Assembly: GCA_036963725.1 (NCBI GenBank)
Contig: JBALUX010000001.1
Coordinates: 10,349 to 74,348, forward strand
From: Parasphingorhabdus sp.
GTDB lineage: Bacteria > Pseudomonadota > Alphaproteobacteria > Sphingomonadales > Sphingomonadaceae
Direction: 5' to 3'
DNA length: 64,000 nt
Shown: positions 40,612-50,593 of the stretch, piece after piece
How the letters are laid out: the number at the start of each line of letters is the position of its first letter
How positions within the stretch are numbered: the stretch's first letter is position 1
Notes under the pieces: model-generated
Told to the model about the DNA's origin: nothing
Databases searched by the model: none
The model's input: only the letters and a program-made list of their open reading frames with translations
Translations under genes and position numbers: made by a program

Positions 40612-42044
40612 TCTGCTGCCTCCTGCAACTCTTCATTGGATCGCACGAGCAACTGGCCGGCCCGGTTGTCAGCCTCTTCAACAATGCGGGCGTGGACAAT
40701 GCGGGAAAAGTCGGCCCAGTGTTCGGAAGCACGCTCCACCGCTGCGGCGGTGTCGTCGACCAGATGATTCAGGCGGCCGTTGCCTTCGACACGCACCGGC
40801 ACCATTTCACCGTCGGTCGGATCATTGAACAGCCGCAGCGACGCGACTTCCAGCTCGTCAGATACCAGCATCGCGGCACAGCCTTGCACCGGCATAAGCG
40901 TCGGCTCGTCCAAGACCCAGCCGCCCGTATTGAAGATGCCGACTGGTACATTATAGCCGTCGACCAGCAATTCATCCTGAAACGGCTTGTGCGTGTGTCC
41001 GAATATGAACGAGAGTTCGTGCGGCATTTCCGGCAATTCTTGCCGCATTTCGGTCGCCAGCGGCGTGCCGAGATACCAGCCCAGATCATCAACCCCGGCT
41101 TCACCCAGCACATTTCCGTAACCGTAGCGTTGCCGCTCAGCCGCACGACCTGCGGTCAGATCGACACCGGCCCGGATCAAATTATCCAGTGTGACTCCAT
41201 ATTTGAGCGGCATTTTCGGGTTGAGACCGAGCTTTGCGTGCATACCTCCAGTGATCCGCCGCGCGATACTTGCGGCAAAATCATGGCTGGCGCCTGCGCT
41301 CAGCATCACCTCGTAGAGTGAGCCCACGTCGCTGCCGATTTCGCCTGCGCTGCCCAGGTTGGACCACAGGAAGTCAATCCACGGTCCGTTCTCCTGCTCC
41401 AGCTGACGCATTGTGGCGGGACGCGCCTCACCATCTCCAATGAACGCGCGCATATTCGAAAGCGCGCGATACATCCCGTCGAGATAATGACCGTGATGCA
41501 TGACTACCGCACGCTTGGTCCCGCTGTCCCAGAGCCCCCAATTCGGATAGGCTATTCTGACCGATGCATCATGCAAATGCGGCCGGTGCATGAACAGGGA
41601 TTCCATCAAGCGGCAATGATGCGATGGCGTGCCAAAAATGCGAGTAACCGCTTCCAGATCGCCGGGCATTTCCCCGTTCTCCAGCGCGGAAATAAAGCTA
41701 TTGTCCTGCGCAATGCGCCACAGGTGATGGTCATGATTGCCGGCGACATAGATTATCTCACGATCAAACAGATCGGGTCCGTCCGCAGGGTAAAAAGCGT
41801 CCAGAAGCTGCAGAAAGCTCTTTGAAACGTCGCCAAAAGGCGACAGGCCGAGGTCAAGGGCATCGCCAAGCAGAACGAGCTGCGGCTTTTCCTGATCACC
41901 CAGCGTTTCTCTGAGACCGTTGGCAAAGGCAGTCAGAACGTCCGATGGGCCTTCGGCAATGGCTCCGCTGTGATCGACATGCGTCAGCAAGCTGTCGCGC
42001 GCGCCAAGGTGAAGATCGGATAAAACGACGTGTCGAATGCTCAT
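40608..42044 (-). CDS. Calcineurin-like metallophosphoesterase
   Basis: SDLHLG, LGD, GNHD, HHGH, FGHTH, NTGGW. Confidence 0.8.
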   Translation of the reverse strand: MSIRHVVLSDLHLGARDSLLTHVDHSGAIAEGPSDVLTAFANGLRETLGDQEKPQLVLLGDALDLGLSPFGDVSKSFLQLLDAFYPADGPDLFDREIIYVAGNHDHHLWRIAQDNSFISALENGEMPGDLEAVTRIFGTPSHHCRLMESLFMHRPHLHDASVRIAYPNWGLWDSGTKRAVVMHHGHYLDGMYRALSNMRAFIGDGEARPATMRQLEQENGPWIDFLWSNLGSAGEIGSDVGSLYEVMLSAGASHDFAASIARRITGGMHAKLGLNPKMPLKYGVTLDNLIRAGVDLTAGRAAERQRYGYGNVLGEAGVDDLGWYLGTPLATEMRQELPEMPHELSFIFGHTHKPFQDELLVDGYNVPVGIFNTGGWVLDEPTLMPVQGCAAMLVSDELEVASLRLFNDPTDGEMVPVRVEGNGRLNHLVDDTAAAVERASEHWADFSRIVHARIVEEADNRAGQLLVRSNEELQEAAE

Positions 42045-43291
42045 GAGCGGTTCTCCAAACAGGCGTAAAATGCATCCCGGACCATCTTTTCGCGGGGATC
42101 ATCCCATTTCCCGGTGCCGAGCTTGTTGGTGATCCAGGCGTAGGCAACCCCGTCTTCGGGATCGCAGAAGGCCAGCGATCCGCCGACCGCGAAACTACCG
42201 AAAGCGCTGCGAGTGCGGGCATATTCCCACTCCGTGAACGGTTTTTCGAAGCCATAGGAATAATACATGTCGGCGGTCAGCACCTGGTCCTTCAGCCCTT
42301 TGCGTGGAAGGCGATGGCCCTTGGCAAGGCTGTCCATCACCGCGGGCGTGATGCCCAATTTTTCGCCGCCTTCAGCAAAAGCGTTATACAGCGCGGCCAA
42401 TCCGCTCGCCGAGGCCATGCCGCCGGCAGCCCCCTGTCCCACGCCCCAGAACGCCTCGCAATCGAGCGCCCCCGGACCCTCAAGGATCAGAGGATTATTC
42501 AGGGTGCGGAATGCCAGCATACCCGGCACGCACATCTCGAAAGTGAGCGGCAAGGGCATGGTGGTGTGATGGATAAAAAGGTCCTGCATGCCGAACCCTT
42601 CGATCCGTGCAATGCGACTGCGGTCGAAGCTATCGGGCAAGCCAAGGAAGACGTCCTCACCGAGGGGTCCGGCAATTTCCTCGGCGAAGAACCGGGGTAG
42701 CCGCCGTCCTTCGGGATCGCGGCGGTGAATCAGCTCGCTGGCGATCCAGCCGAGCGTATAGGCATGGTTCCCGGAATAGTCACCCGGCGTCCAATTGGGT
42801 TTCTGGCGCGCGATGGCTTCGCAGATCGACGCTTCATCGCCAATATTCTCGAGGCTGAGCTTATAATCGATCGCAGCGAGACCGACCTGCTCGGACAGTG
42901 CCTCGCCCACCGTGACCGCCTCTTTGCCGTGGGCGGCAAACTCAGGCCAAATATCCGCGACCAGTTCATCGTAAGCAAAGAGCCCCCGCGAGACGGCAAC
43001 GGCTGCGGCCATCCCGGTCAGGCCCTTGGTCAGGGAATAGACCATCGCGATATCATCGCTGCTCCATATCTGCTGTTGGGACCGGTCTTTCCAGCCGCCA
43101 TGCAGATTTACAACAGTTTCGCCCCTATGCATGATCGTGCACGCGGCGCCGAGCGCCTCGCCCGACAAGATCGATGCCTGAAAAGCATCGGCCACCGGTT
43201 CAAAGCCGTCAGCGACATAACCGCCTGTCCATGGATTTGAGTCGGCGCTTTGCTTTCCATCATGATGAAGCAAACGATTCAATGGCTGCAT
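42041..43291 (-). CDS. Serine hydrolase, beta-lactamase-like (family VIII esterase type)
   Basis: SLTK (SxxK), WPEFAAHGK, WTPG, GGSLAFCDP. Confidence 0.85.
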   Translation of the reverse strand: MQPLNRLLHHDGKQSADSNPWTGGYVADGFEPVADAFQASILSGEALGAACTIMHRGETVVNLHGGWKDRSQQQIWSSDDIAMVYSLTKGLTGMAAAVAVSRGLFAYDELVADIWPEFAAHGKEAVTVGEALSEQVGLAAIDYKLSLENIGDEASICEAIARQKPNWTPGDYSGNHAYTLGWIASELIHRRDPEGRRLPRFFAEEIAGPLGEDVFLGLPDSFDRSRIARIEGFGMQDLFIHHTTMPLPLTFEMCVPGMLAFRTLNNPLILEGPGALDCEAFWGVGQGAAGGMASASGLAALYNAFAEGGEKLGITPAVMDSLAKGHRLPRKGLKDQVLTADMYYSYGFEKPFTEWEYARTRSAFGSFAVGGSLAFCDPEDGVAYAWITNKLGTGKWDDPREKMVRDAFYACLENRS

Positions 43292-43564
43292 TGTGAGGCC
43301 CCCCGCACGCGCACCGGCAAAAAGCCTCGCGCTCCGAGTGTAAGGGCTATCGGAATATGGTTAATACTGCGTTACGGCGATCCAATAGAAAATGTGCCCC
43401 CCTCGCATCGCAGAATGCGGGCGTCACTTCATAAGTGCCTTTTGCATGGGATGAGATAGTACCGCTCAGTTTGGGTGACTAAACAGATTGTTTGATTGGG
43501 CCTGGAAGAACCTGCAAAAGCTTGGTTACCCGCAGCATTCCCAATTCAATATCTCAACGCACGT

Positions 43565-43605
43565 TTTTAATCGCTAGGTCGCCTGTTCGAACCCAGCAAG
43601 ACTCA
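43565..43605 (+). repeat. Degenerate copy of tRNA-Lys 3' half
   Basis: TTTTAATCGCTAGGTCGCCTGTTCGAACCCAGCAAGACTCA; 35/41 identical to 22201-22241 by hand count. Confidence 0.8.
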
Positions 43606-43643
43606 GTCCGCAACGACTTCGCGCAACGCTGTCTGCCGCCAGC

Positions 43644-44285
43644 CTAGTTCGATACCAGATAATAGGTTACCGGCCGGCTCTCGCTGGTCCGGATATTTAT
43701 CTTATATCTCTCGGTAAAAAGCGGCAGCCATTCGCAATTCGCCGGTTTTGATGACGTGTGGCGGGTACAGATATTCTTGCCCTGGCCATCGCTGATCTCG
43801 ATCGACATCGGTTTGGGTGAAGCCGGCACCAAGGCGACCGATGCCTTTCTGCCTGCGAGAAAAATCTGGTCGATACTGACCCGGGCTGTTGCCGAGACCA
43901 TCCCCTTTTTATAGGATGGGCCGAGCGCCCGGCCGCGGTAGACCGGCGGCGTCGTTGACGGATCGATTGTACTCGCCTGTTCGCTCCAGCTTTTCGAGAG
44001 ATTGTTCTCCTGATCATCGTCAGGCCTGGCTCCGAGGCTTTCGAGCGTTTGTGCAGCGGTGCGGAGCGCCTTTGCATCGGAATTTTTCGCGCCCAGCTGC
44101 CCCGCAACAATCGCATCGGCCGTGCGCATTACCGCGCTAGCATCAACCGCAGGCTTGGCGATATCGGCCTGACCGGGAGATGTCTGCGCAGCCGCGCCCG
44201 AAGCGCTGCCGGTACAGGCTGGCAGGATCGACACCGCCCCGGCGAGTGCAAACATCGAACAATATCGGTACGTCAAATCAATCAC
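43644..44285 (-). CDS. Hypothetical exported protein / lipoprotein
   Basis: Overlaps kinase stop; hydrophobic N-terminus with LPAC; start codon uncertain. Confidence 0.6.
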   Translation of the reverse strand: MIDLTYRYCSMFALAGAVSILPACTGSASGAAAQTSPGQADIAKPAVDASAVMRTADAIVAGQLGAKNSDAKALRTAAQTLESLGARPDDDQENNLSKSWSEQASTIDPSTTPPVYRGRALGPSYKKGMVSATARVSIDQIFLAGRKASVALVPASPKPMSIEISDGQGKNICTRHTSSKPANCEWLPLFTERYKINIRTSESRPVTYYLVSN

Positions 44286-45621
44286 TCCCTTCCGGCCTGA
44301 TCTCGAACAAGGCGCCGGGTCGCGCATCCCGGCAGTCAATGACCAGCCCGTTCCGCTCGGCTAATGCCCGAGACAGGGCGAGGCCCAGACCATGTCCCCT
44401 CGCCCCGCTGGCATCAACGCGAACGAAGCGTTCGAATATCTTCTCTCTCATATTCTCGGGAATGCCGGGACCATTATCCCGCACTGTGATGACAGGCCCA
44501 GGCCGCAGGACGAGTTCCACCGCGCCGCCTCTGGGCGTATATTTCAGGGCATTGTCGAGCAGGTTGGACAATATCCGCTGAATATGAGCGGGATTGGCCA
44601 TCATACCGACCCCGGGACTGATGTCAGTGCTAAACCTTATCCCCAGATCCTCGGCGCTTTCGGCGAACAGCTCGGTAATTTGGGTTGCTATTTCCGACAC
44701 GTCGCATTGCGACAATCCGCTCCGGTCGCCTTTTTGTGCGCGGCTGGATGCTATATCAAGCAGGGAGTCCAGCATGGTGATAATATCGCGAATATCCTGT
44801 CGTGCCCGGCCGAGCGTTTCGCCGTGCGCAGGGTCTTTGCTCTGGCCCATCGCCGCTATCAGGCGGTTGTCCAGATGCATGAGCGGCGTGCGCAGTTCAT
44901 GCGCCGTATGGTCGGAAATATCCCGGTGCGCGGCGAGCAGCGACGCCAGACGCCTGGTCATCGCATTGCTGTGTTGCGAGAGTTCATCGAGCTCGTCACC
45001 CCGTCTGTCGACCGGGATCGTCACGGCCAGATTGCCAGCACCAATTTCGCGGAAAGCATCATTGATGGTGCCAAGCCGGTTCTTCAGCCGGCGGGTAGAA
45101 TAATAGCCGATTGTAAAAAAGATCATGACCAGCAACAGGCCTGCGATGAGAAAAGCGGTCCTGATCCGTTCGAGCAAGGCCGAAAGGGCGGATGTATCGC
45201 GACCAACAAGTAGCTTTAGATCCGGGTTCAACTGGGTGGCACGTGCAAAAATTTGCGTTCCATCTTCCAGCCGGACGAAACCCGCTTGGGAGTTCTCCGA
45301 CGACAATTCAGGCCAGGATTCGACATTGCCGATGATTGCGAGGCCGCTCGGCGATGCCAGCAGATAATAGCGCCTGTCAGCGGGCGACTGCAATTGCAGC
45401 CGGTCCGAAATTCGCTGGCGCAATTCGGCCGGACCGCCCGTGATGTAAATGTCTGCAAGACCCGCAATATCCGTGTCGACGCTGCGTGCAATCTGCTCCC
45501 GGGATTCCGTTCGCACGATCCATTCGGTCATCACGAACAGAGCAGCCGAGGATAATATCGAGACGATGATGACGATCAAACTCAATCGGCCGAACAGGGA
45601 AGAGAAAATGCCCATGGTCAA
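44278..45621 (-). CDS. Two-component sensor histidine kinase (HAMP, HisKA, HATPase)
   Basis: AHELRTP, NLLDNALKY, DNGPGI, GHGLGL. Confidence 0.93.
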   Translation of the reverse strand: MTMGIFSSLFGRLSLIVIIVSILSSAALFVMTEWIVRTESREQIARSVDTDIAGLADIYITGGPAELRQRISDRLQLQSPADRRYYLLASPSGLAIIGNVESWPELSSENSQAGFVRLEDGTQIFARATQLNPDLKLLVGRDTSALSALLERIRTAFLIAGLLLVMIFFTIGYYSTRRLKNRLGTINDAFREIGAGNLAVTIPVDRRGDELDELSQHSNAMTRRLASLLAAHRDISDHTAHELRTPLMHLDNRLIAAMGQSKDPAHGETLGRARQDIRDIITMLDSLLDIASSRAQKGDRSGLSQCDVSEIATQITELFAESAEDLGIRFSTDISPGVGMMANPAHIQRILSNLLDNALKYTPRGGAVELVLRPGPVITVRDNGPGIPENMREKIFERFVRVDASGARGHGLGLALSRALAERNGLVIDCRDARPGALFEIRPEGSD

Positions 45622-46301
45622 ACCGCGTGGAGGCGGTAGCCTGCACCCCAGATTGTCTCCAGTACCGGTTTGTCAAAATCCTCTTCCAACTTCCGCCGAA
45701 GCCGTCCGACGTTGACGTCTATGACATTGGTCTGCGGATCGAATTTCAGGTTCCAGACATTTAGCAGCAGCATTTCGCGGGTGACAATTTCCCCGGCATT
45801 TTGCATGAAATATCTGAACAGCTCGAACTCTTTGGGGCTGAGCGCCACATGCCTGCCCTGCCGGTGCGCGGTGCGCGCCTTGATATGGCATTCCATGTCA
45901 CCGAATATGATCACAGCACTATGGGACTGGCCACTGGCCCGCCGGTGCAGAGCGCGGACCCGAGCGATCAGCTCTTCCTGTTCAAAGGGCTTGGCAAGAT
46001 AGTCATCGACCCCGGCGTCCAGCCCTTCGATCCGGTTTTCTGTCCGGCCGAGAGCGGACAGCATCAATACCGGAACGTCAACGCCCGCTTCGCGCAATTT
46101 ACCGATGATATCGATACCGCTCATATCCGGCAGCATCCGGTCGAGTATCACAAGATCGAACGTGGAACCGGCAGCAAGGCGAAGGCCATTGCTCCCGTCG
46201 GCTGCCCAAATGACTTTAGCGCCGGTCTTGGCCATCGCGGCAGAAACCATCTCCGCGGTCTGCGCGTCATCCTCGATGTGCAAAATATTAAGACCCGGCA
46301 T
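45618..46301 (-). CDS. OmpR-family response regulator
   Basis: EDD, LDRMLP, KPF, NVIDVNVGRLRRKL, WGAGY. Confidence 0.95.
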   Translation of the reverse strand: MPGLNILHIEDDAQTAEMVSAAMAKTGAKVIWAADGSNGLRLAAGSTFDLVILDRMLPDMSGIDIIGKLREAGVDVPVLMLSALGRTENRIEGLDAGVDDYLAKPFEQEELIARVRALHRRASGQSHSAVIIFGDMECHIKARTAHRQGRHVALSPKEFELFRYFMQNAGEIVTREMLLLNVWNLKFDPQTNVIDVNVGRLRRKLEEDFDKPVLETIWGAGYRLHAV

Positions 46302-46515
46302 GAATTTGGCTCGTTCTCAAGTGCTGTTGAATCATAGCTAGGCTCTTAGCATTATCATCTCAAGATAATGCAGTGACAAATGCTGTTAGAAAACCGGAAG
46401 CAACAGTTTGCAAACGTGCAATTTCTTTCATAGGATTGGCATGGGCGCGAACCGGTTTCGACTTTGCCAGTAATGGCCAGGCGATAATCAGCAATGGTGG
46501 AAGAGGTTGCACATA

Positions 46516-49413
46516 ATGACGTTCAAGTCTTTGGGGCTGGCTTTGTTGCTCTCCGCCGGATTTTTCTCCGATATCGCGCAAGCGGAAAATGTCGAGACGC
46601 TCAACGATAAAATGATTGCACTGGTCGACCGTGATGTCTCGCGGCAACCGAATGTCGCAATCGACGAAATCAAAGCGATGCTGGAAGAATCGAAATCCGA
46701 CGACGAGGTCGGTACGCTGGCCAAAGCTGCTGCCTTGGGGGCACTTGGCGGCGCCTATTTTTATATCCAGGACTTCGATAAAAGCCTCGCGAATTTCCGG
46801 GCTGCGGAAGCTCTTCTGGACGCAGAAAATCTGAACACCCATAAGCAGATGATCTCGATCCTGAACAACATCAGCGTTGTCCTGAGCATGACCGGAAAAG
46901 CGGAAGAGGCGCTCGCGATCCAGCAAAAAGTTCTCGATATCCGCCGCGACACCGACGGGACGGAAAGCTCGAGCTATGCGGCGGCATTGTTCAATATCGG
47001 CAGCACCAAGTTCCGGCTCGGCGACTATGAATCAGCGGTGACTGAAATCCGCCAGGCTGTCGACATTGCCCGGGCCATTCAGGATCCCACCGATGCGGAT
47101 AATACGCTGGCCGTGACCTATTGGATGTCTCTCGCCGCCGTGGTCAATACCACGGGCAATACCGAACTCGCTCTCAAGGAAAACCGGCTGGCTACCCAAT
47201 ATGCCGAAGATCGACTGGGAGACCAGCATTCGGTTTATGCCGGTGCATTGAATAATCTCGGCTCGGCCCTGAGCAGCGCTGGACGCTGCGGCGAGGCGAT
47301 ACCGCTGCTCCGCCGGGCGCTGGACCTGCGAACCGAAATCCTGGGTCGCGACAAGCGTGATACGGCGATCACGCTGACCAACCTTGCCGATTGCCTGTCA
47401 AAGTCCGAGCCCAGTCTCGACCAGGTGGCGATGTTTGATGAAGCGGCCCGTATTTTTGGCAGCAGTCCCGGCAACAGTCAAAGCCGCTTTACCGGCAATA
47501 GCCTTGCCAAGGCCGGACTGCTCAGCACCCATCTGGGGAAGTTGCAGGAAGGCCAGGCCTATCTTGAAAAAGCACTGGAACTGACCCTGTCCGCGCTCCC
47601 GGACAATCACCCGGCGGTCGCCGAATTGCGCCTGGAACTTGTAAACAACTATCTGTTGAACGAAAATTACGATTCAGCACAAAATATGATGACCGAGATC
47701 GAAGCACAGGCGGATGTGGTTGCCAAATTTCCGGTAGCGGAGAAATTCAAATTCGCAGTTATGAGAACCGAACTGGCAAATGCGTTCGAACGTCCGGAAA
47801 ACAAATCATCCGAGGCAATTGCCGCATATCGGGAAGTCCGCAGGAAAATACTGGATCGCGCGGTGTCGATCGAAGAATATTTTGCAGATGACACCGGGCT
47901 GACGGATCAATTTGCGAGATTTGCCGGCATCATGGCCCGCCAGGATAATATGGCGGAGAGTTTCGACGCCATGCAGCTCGCCCAGTTTGCCGATCTGAGC
48001 AGCGTCTCGGGCAGTCTAACCGCGAGATCCGTGGCGGAGAAAGCCGGTTACGGGGACGAGGTCCGAATGCTTCAGGATCTGGTGCAAAACGGCAAGAAAA
48101 TCGATGCCAGCTTCACCAGGGCAACGACAGAAGGCGATCAACCGAAGCAAGCCGCTCTTCTTCTCGAACGGGAGAACAACAGCAAAGCAATTGCCGAATT
48201 GTCAGCCAGAATCGAAACCGCCCTCCCCCAATATTGGGCCTTGGTAAAGCCTGAACCAGTCGCCTTGGAGAAGGTGCAATCCGCGTTAAAATCCGCACCG
48301 CTAGTGATGGTGACGCCCGCTCTGGACGGAGTCTATGTCGCTGCTGTCACGCAGAATGATTATGTTTGGCAGAAAACGTCAGCCACTCCCGGACAACTGA
48401 ACCAGTGGGTGGTGGATATCCGGAAAAGCGTCTCGCAAGATGCCGGGCAATCAACCCCATTTGCGATGAAAAGCGCGCACGCGCTATATCGATATTATTT
48501 CCCGCCAGAAGTCGAAAAACTTTTGCAGGACAAGAGCGAGGTCCACCTGATCAGCGCGGGTATTCTTGCGGCGCTTCCGGCCTCGCTGCTGATCATGGAG
48601 CCGGTATCCGAGCAGACGGCCAATGCCGATATCGCATGGCTGATCAAGCGCTTTGCTGTTAGCAATCCAATGAGTGTTAACGACCTAGTCCAGCCGCCGG
48701 TTTCCCGGAACCGGGAAATCCGGTTTGCGGGATTTGGCGCGCCTTCGCTTTCCGGTGCCAAAGACGGTCCTGTCGTCTTCGCCAATCTGTTGCGCAGCGG
48801 AAATGTCGATGTCAGCGAAGTGCGCGATCTTCCCAGCTTGCCCTCCGCAACGCTTGAACTATCAAATATCAGTGAAGCTCTCGGCAGGGATTTGTCCCGA
48901 GTCATCACCGGCGATGAGGCAACCGAAAAGCTGATTAAGTCGATGGACCTGCGTCCCTATTCCGTTCTCGCCTTTGCGACTCACGGGCTGGTGAATGGAG
49001 AATTGCGGGGATTGGGTGAGCCCGCTCTGGTATTTACGCCACCGCAAAGAGATGACGGCGCCGATGATGGTCTGCTGACCGCATCGGAAATAGGGCAATT
49101 GAGGCTGGATGCCGATTGGGTGATATTGTCGGCCTGCAATTCGGCTTCCGGTTCCGGTGTTGGAACGCCGACTTATTCAGGACTTGCCAAATCATTCGCC
49201 TATGCCGGGGCCAGATCTTTGCTTCTTTCACACTGGCGCGTTCGTGACGATGCCGCGGCCAGGCTAACGGTGGACACTGTGAAAAACGCTGCCGGAGGCA
49301 TGGACCGCGCCGAAGCTCTGCGACAGGCGCAACTGGATTTGATGGATGATCCGAGCGTACCGGGGGCATCCCATCCCGCCGTCTGGGCACCGTTCATTCT
49401 GATCGGCGATTAG
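46516..49413 (+). CDS. Secreted TPR-CHAT (caspase-like) protease
   Basis: Signal peptide, TPR repeats, AFATHG (His), VILSACNS (Cys), SHWRV, HPAVWAPF. Confidence 0.9.
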   Translation: MTFKSLGLALLLSAGFFSDIAQAENVETLNDKMIALVDRDVSRQPNVAIDEIKAMLEESKSDDEVGTLAKAAALGALGGAYFYIQDFDKSLANFRAAEALLDAENLNTHKQMISILNNISVVLSMTGKAEEALAIQQKVLDIRRDTDGTESSSYAAALFNIGSTKFRLGDYESAVTEIRQAVDIARAIQDPTDADNTLAVTYWMSLAAVVNTTGNTELALKENRLATQYAEDRLGDQHSVYAGALNNLGSALSSAGRCGEAIPLLRRALDLRTEILGRDKRDTAITLTNLADCLSKSEPSLDQVAMFDEAARIFGSSPGNSQSRFTGNSLAKAGLLSTHLGKLQEGQAYLEKALELTLSALPDNHPAVAELRLELVNNYLLNENYDSAQNMMTEIEAQADVVAKFPVAEKFKFAVMRTELANAFERPENKSSEAIAAYREVRRKILDRAVSIEEYFADDTGLTDQFARFAGIMARQDNMAESFDAMQLAQFADLSSVSGSLTARSVAEKAGYGDEVRMLQDLVQNGKKIDASFTRATTEGDQPKQAALLLERENNSKAIAELSARIETALPQYWALVKPEPVALEKVQSALKSAPLVMVTPALDGVYVAAVTQNDYVWQKTSATPGQLNQWVVDIRKSVSQDAGQSTPFAMKSAHALYRYYFPPEVEKLLQDKSEVHLISAGILAALPASLLIMEPVSEQTANADIAWLIKRFAVSNPMSVNDLVQPPVSRNREIRFAGFGAPSLSGAKDGPVVFANLLRSGNVDVSEVRDLPSLPSATLELSNISEALGRDLSRVITGDEATEKLIKSMDLRPYSVLAFATHGLVNGELRGLGEPALVFTPPQRDDGADDGLLTASEIGQLRLDADWVILSACNSASGSGVGTPTYSGLAKSFAYAGARSLLLSHWRVRDDAAARLTVDTVKNAAGGMDRAEALRQAQLDLMDDPSVPGASHPAVWAPFILIGD

Positions 49414-49421
49414 AAACATAG

Positions 49422-49455
49422 CAAAAGGGCGCCCTCCGGGGTGGAGGACGCCCTT
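49422..49455 (-). terminator. Intrinsic terminator between convergent genes
   Basis: AAAAGGGCGCCCTCC...GGAGGACGCCCTT. Confidence 0.6.
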
Positions 49456-49488
49456 CCCAATCAGCGACGTTCCTGCGCTCGGGTCGCT

Positions 49489-50382
49489 TTAGCGCAGGTC
49501 TTCGACTGAAACCCATCCCTTGGTGCCGTAATTGTCGGTGACTTCGACGAACAGCCCCGCTTTATTGCCGGTGGGAACCAACTCGGTATCCGCGCGCAAG
49601 GCGCGGACCTCAGCGGCAGAGTCCGAAGCGCCAGCAAGCATCTTTGTCTCGACGGCTACTGTATAGCTGGTACTGGCTGTCGCGGCCGGAGCGGCGGTTT
49701 GCTGTACCGCAGCAAGGGCTCCGGCCTGCGATGCCAGGCCATTGAAAGCCTCGATAAAAGCACTGGTGACCATCTTGCCATCCTTCGAGCTGCCATATTG
49801 TCCGAGCTGCCCCTGGCTGGCAGACACCCAGTCGCTTCGGCCCAAAATCTTGATGGTCGATTTCTTGCTTTGTCCGCTTCCGGCAATCAGTGTCTGGCCA
49901 TTGGCCGGATTCATCAGTCGCAGGCCGGCTGTGATGGTTTTCTTCTTGCCGCCAAGACCGCCGAACATCCCCATCAGCGCGCCGCCCATCGGAACTTTGC
50001 TGAGCACCGTGCTCGCTGCACCAGACCGGACCAGACCTTCGGTCAGCGCAGTTTTTGCCACATTCATTGTCTGGTCCACTTCCTCCTGGGAACCGGCAAT
50101 AGCAGACATCAGATAATTGGTCGGTTGGCCGTCAACTCCGGTATGGAGAGTAAAACATCCTGACTCCTGAACAATTGCGCCCAGCATGCCGCGCGGACTG
50201 GACAGGCCGAATTTGCTCCAGCCCTGGGTGTCGCCATCGGTGATTGCAATCGTGCCATAGGATGCATCGCATTTCACAACCTCGACGCTTTGTTCTTTCG
50301 CGGCGGCAGGCGCTGTTGAAACGGCAATGGATGCCATGGCAATTGCAGTCAGTGCTGTGGAAAATATTGGCTTCGTGGTCAT
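49489..50382 (-). CDS. CsgG/HfaB-like exported protein with C-terminal SH3-like domain
   Basis: Signal peptide; KCDASYGTIAI, VQESGCF, GGLGGKKK; C-terminal EVTDNYGTKGWVS. Confidence 0.6.
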   Translation of the reverse strand: MTTKPIFSTALTAIAMASIAVSTAPAAAKEQSVEVVKCDASYGTIAITDGDTQGWSKFGLSSPRGMLGAIVQESGCFTLHTGVDGQPTNYLMSAIAGSQEEVDQTMNVAKTALTEGLVRSGAASTVLSKVPMGGALMGMFGGLGGKKKTITAGLRLMNPANGQTLIAGSGQSKKSTIKILGRSDWVSASQGQLGQYGSSKDGKMVTSAFIEAFNGLASQAGALAAVQQTAAPAATASTSYTVAVETKMLAGASDSAAEVRALRADTELVPTGNKAGLFVEVTDNYGTKGWVSVEDLR

Positions 50383-50593
50383 GATGATAATCCCCTTCGC
50401 ATTCTTTCAAGAAAATGAGCGGTGGTCCGCTCGATGCCCGATCAAAAATACGCAGAAGCGCTGGATGTGCCAGTTACACCTCCTGTTAGAGAGATGACAA
50501 AGGCTGTTAAGGTCGCTTGGAAATGGAACCGGCCCGTCGAATGATCTCACAATCTTTATCCACGGGCCGGTATCTGGGTCGCTGACCAACGGA

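Larger units (their letters stand above)
35011..43605. mobile_element. Probable older island 2 in tandem at the same tRNA site
   Basis: Bounded by the perfect repeat and a degenerate tRNA-Lys 3' copy; no integrase seen. Confidence 0.55.
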
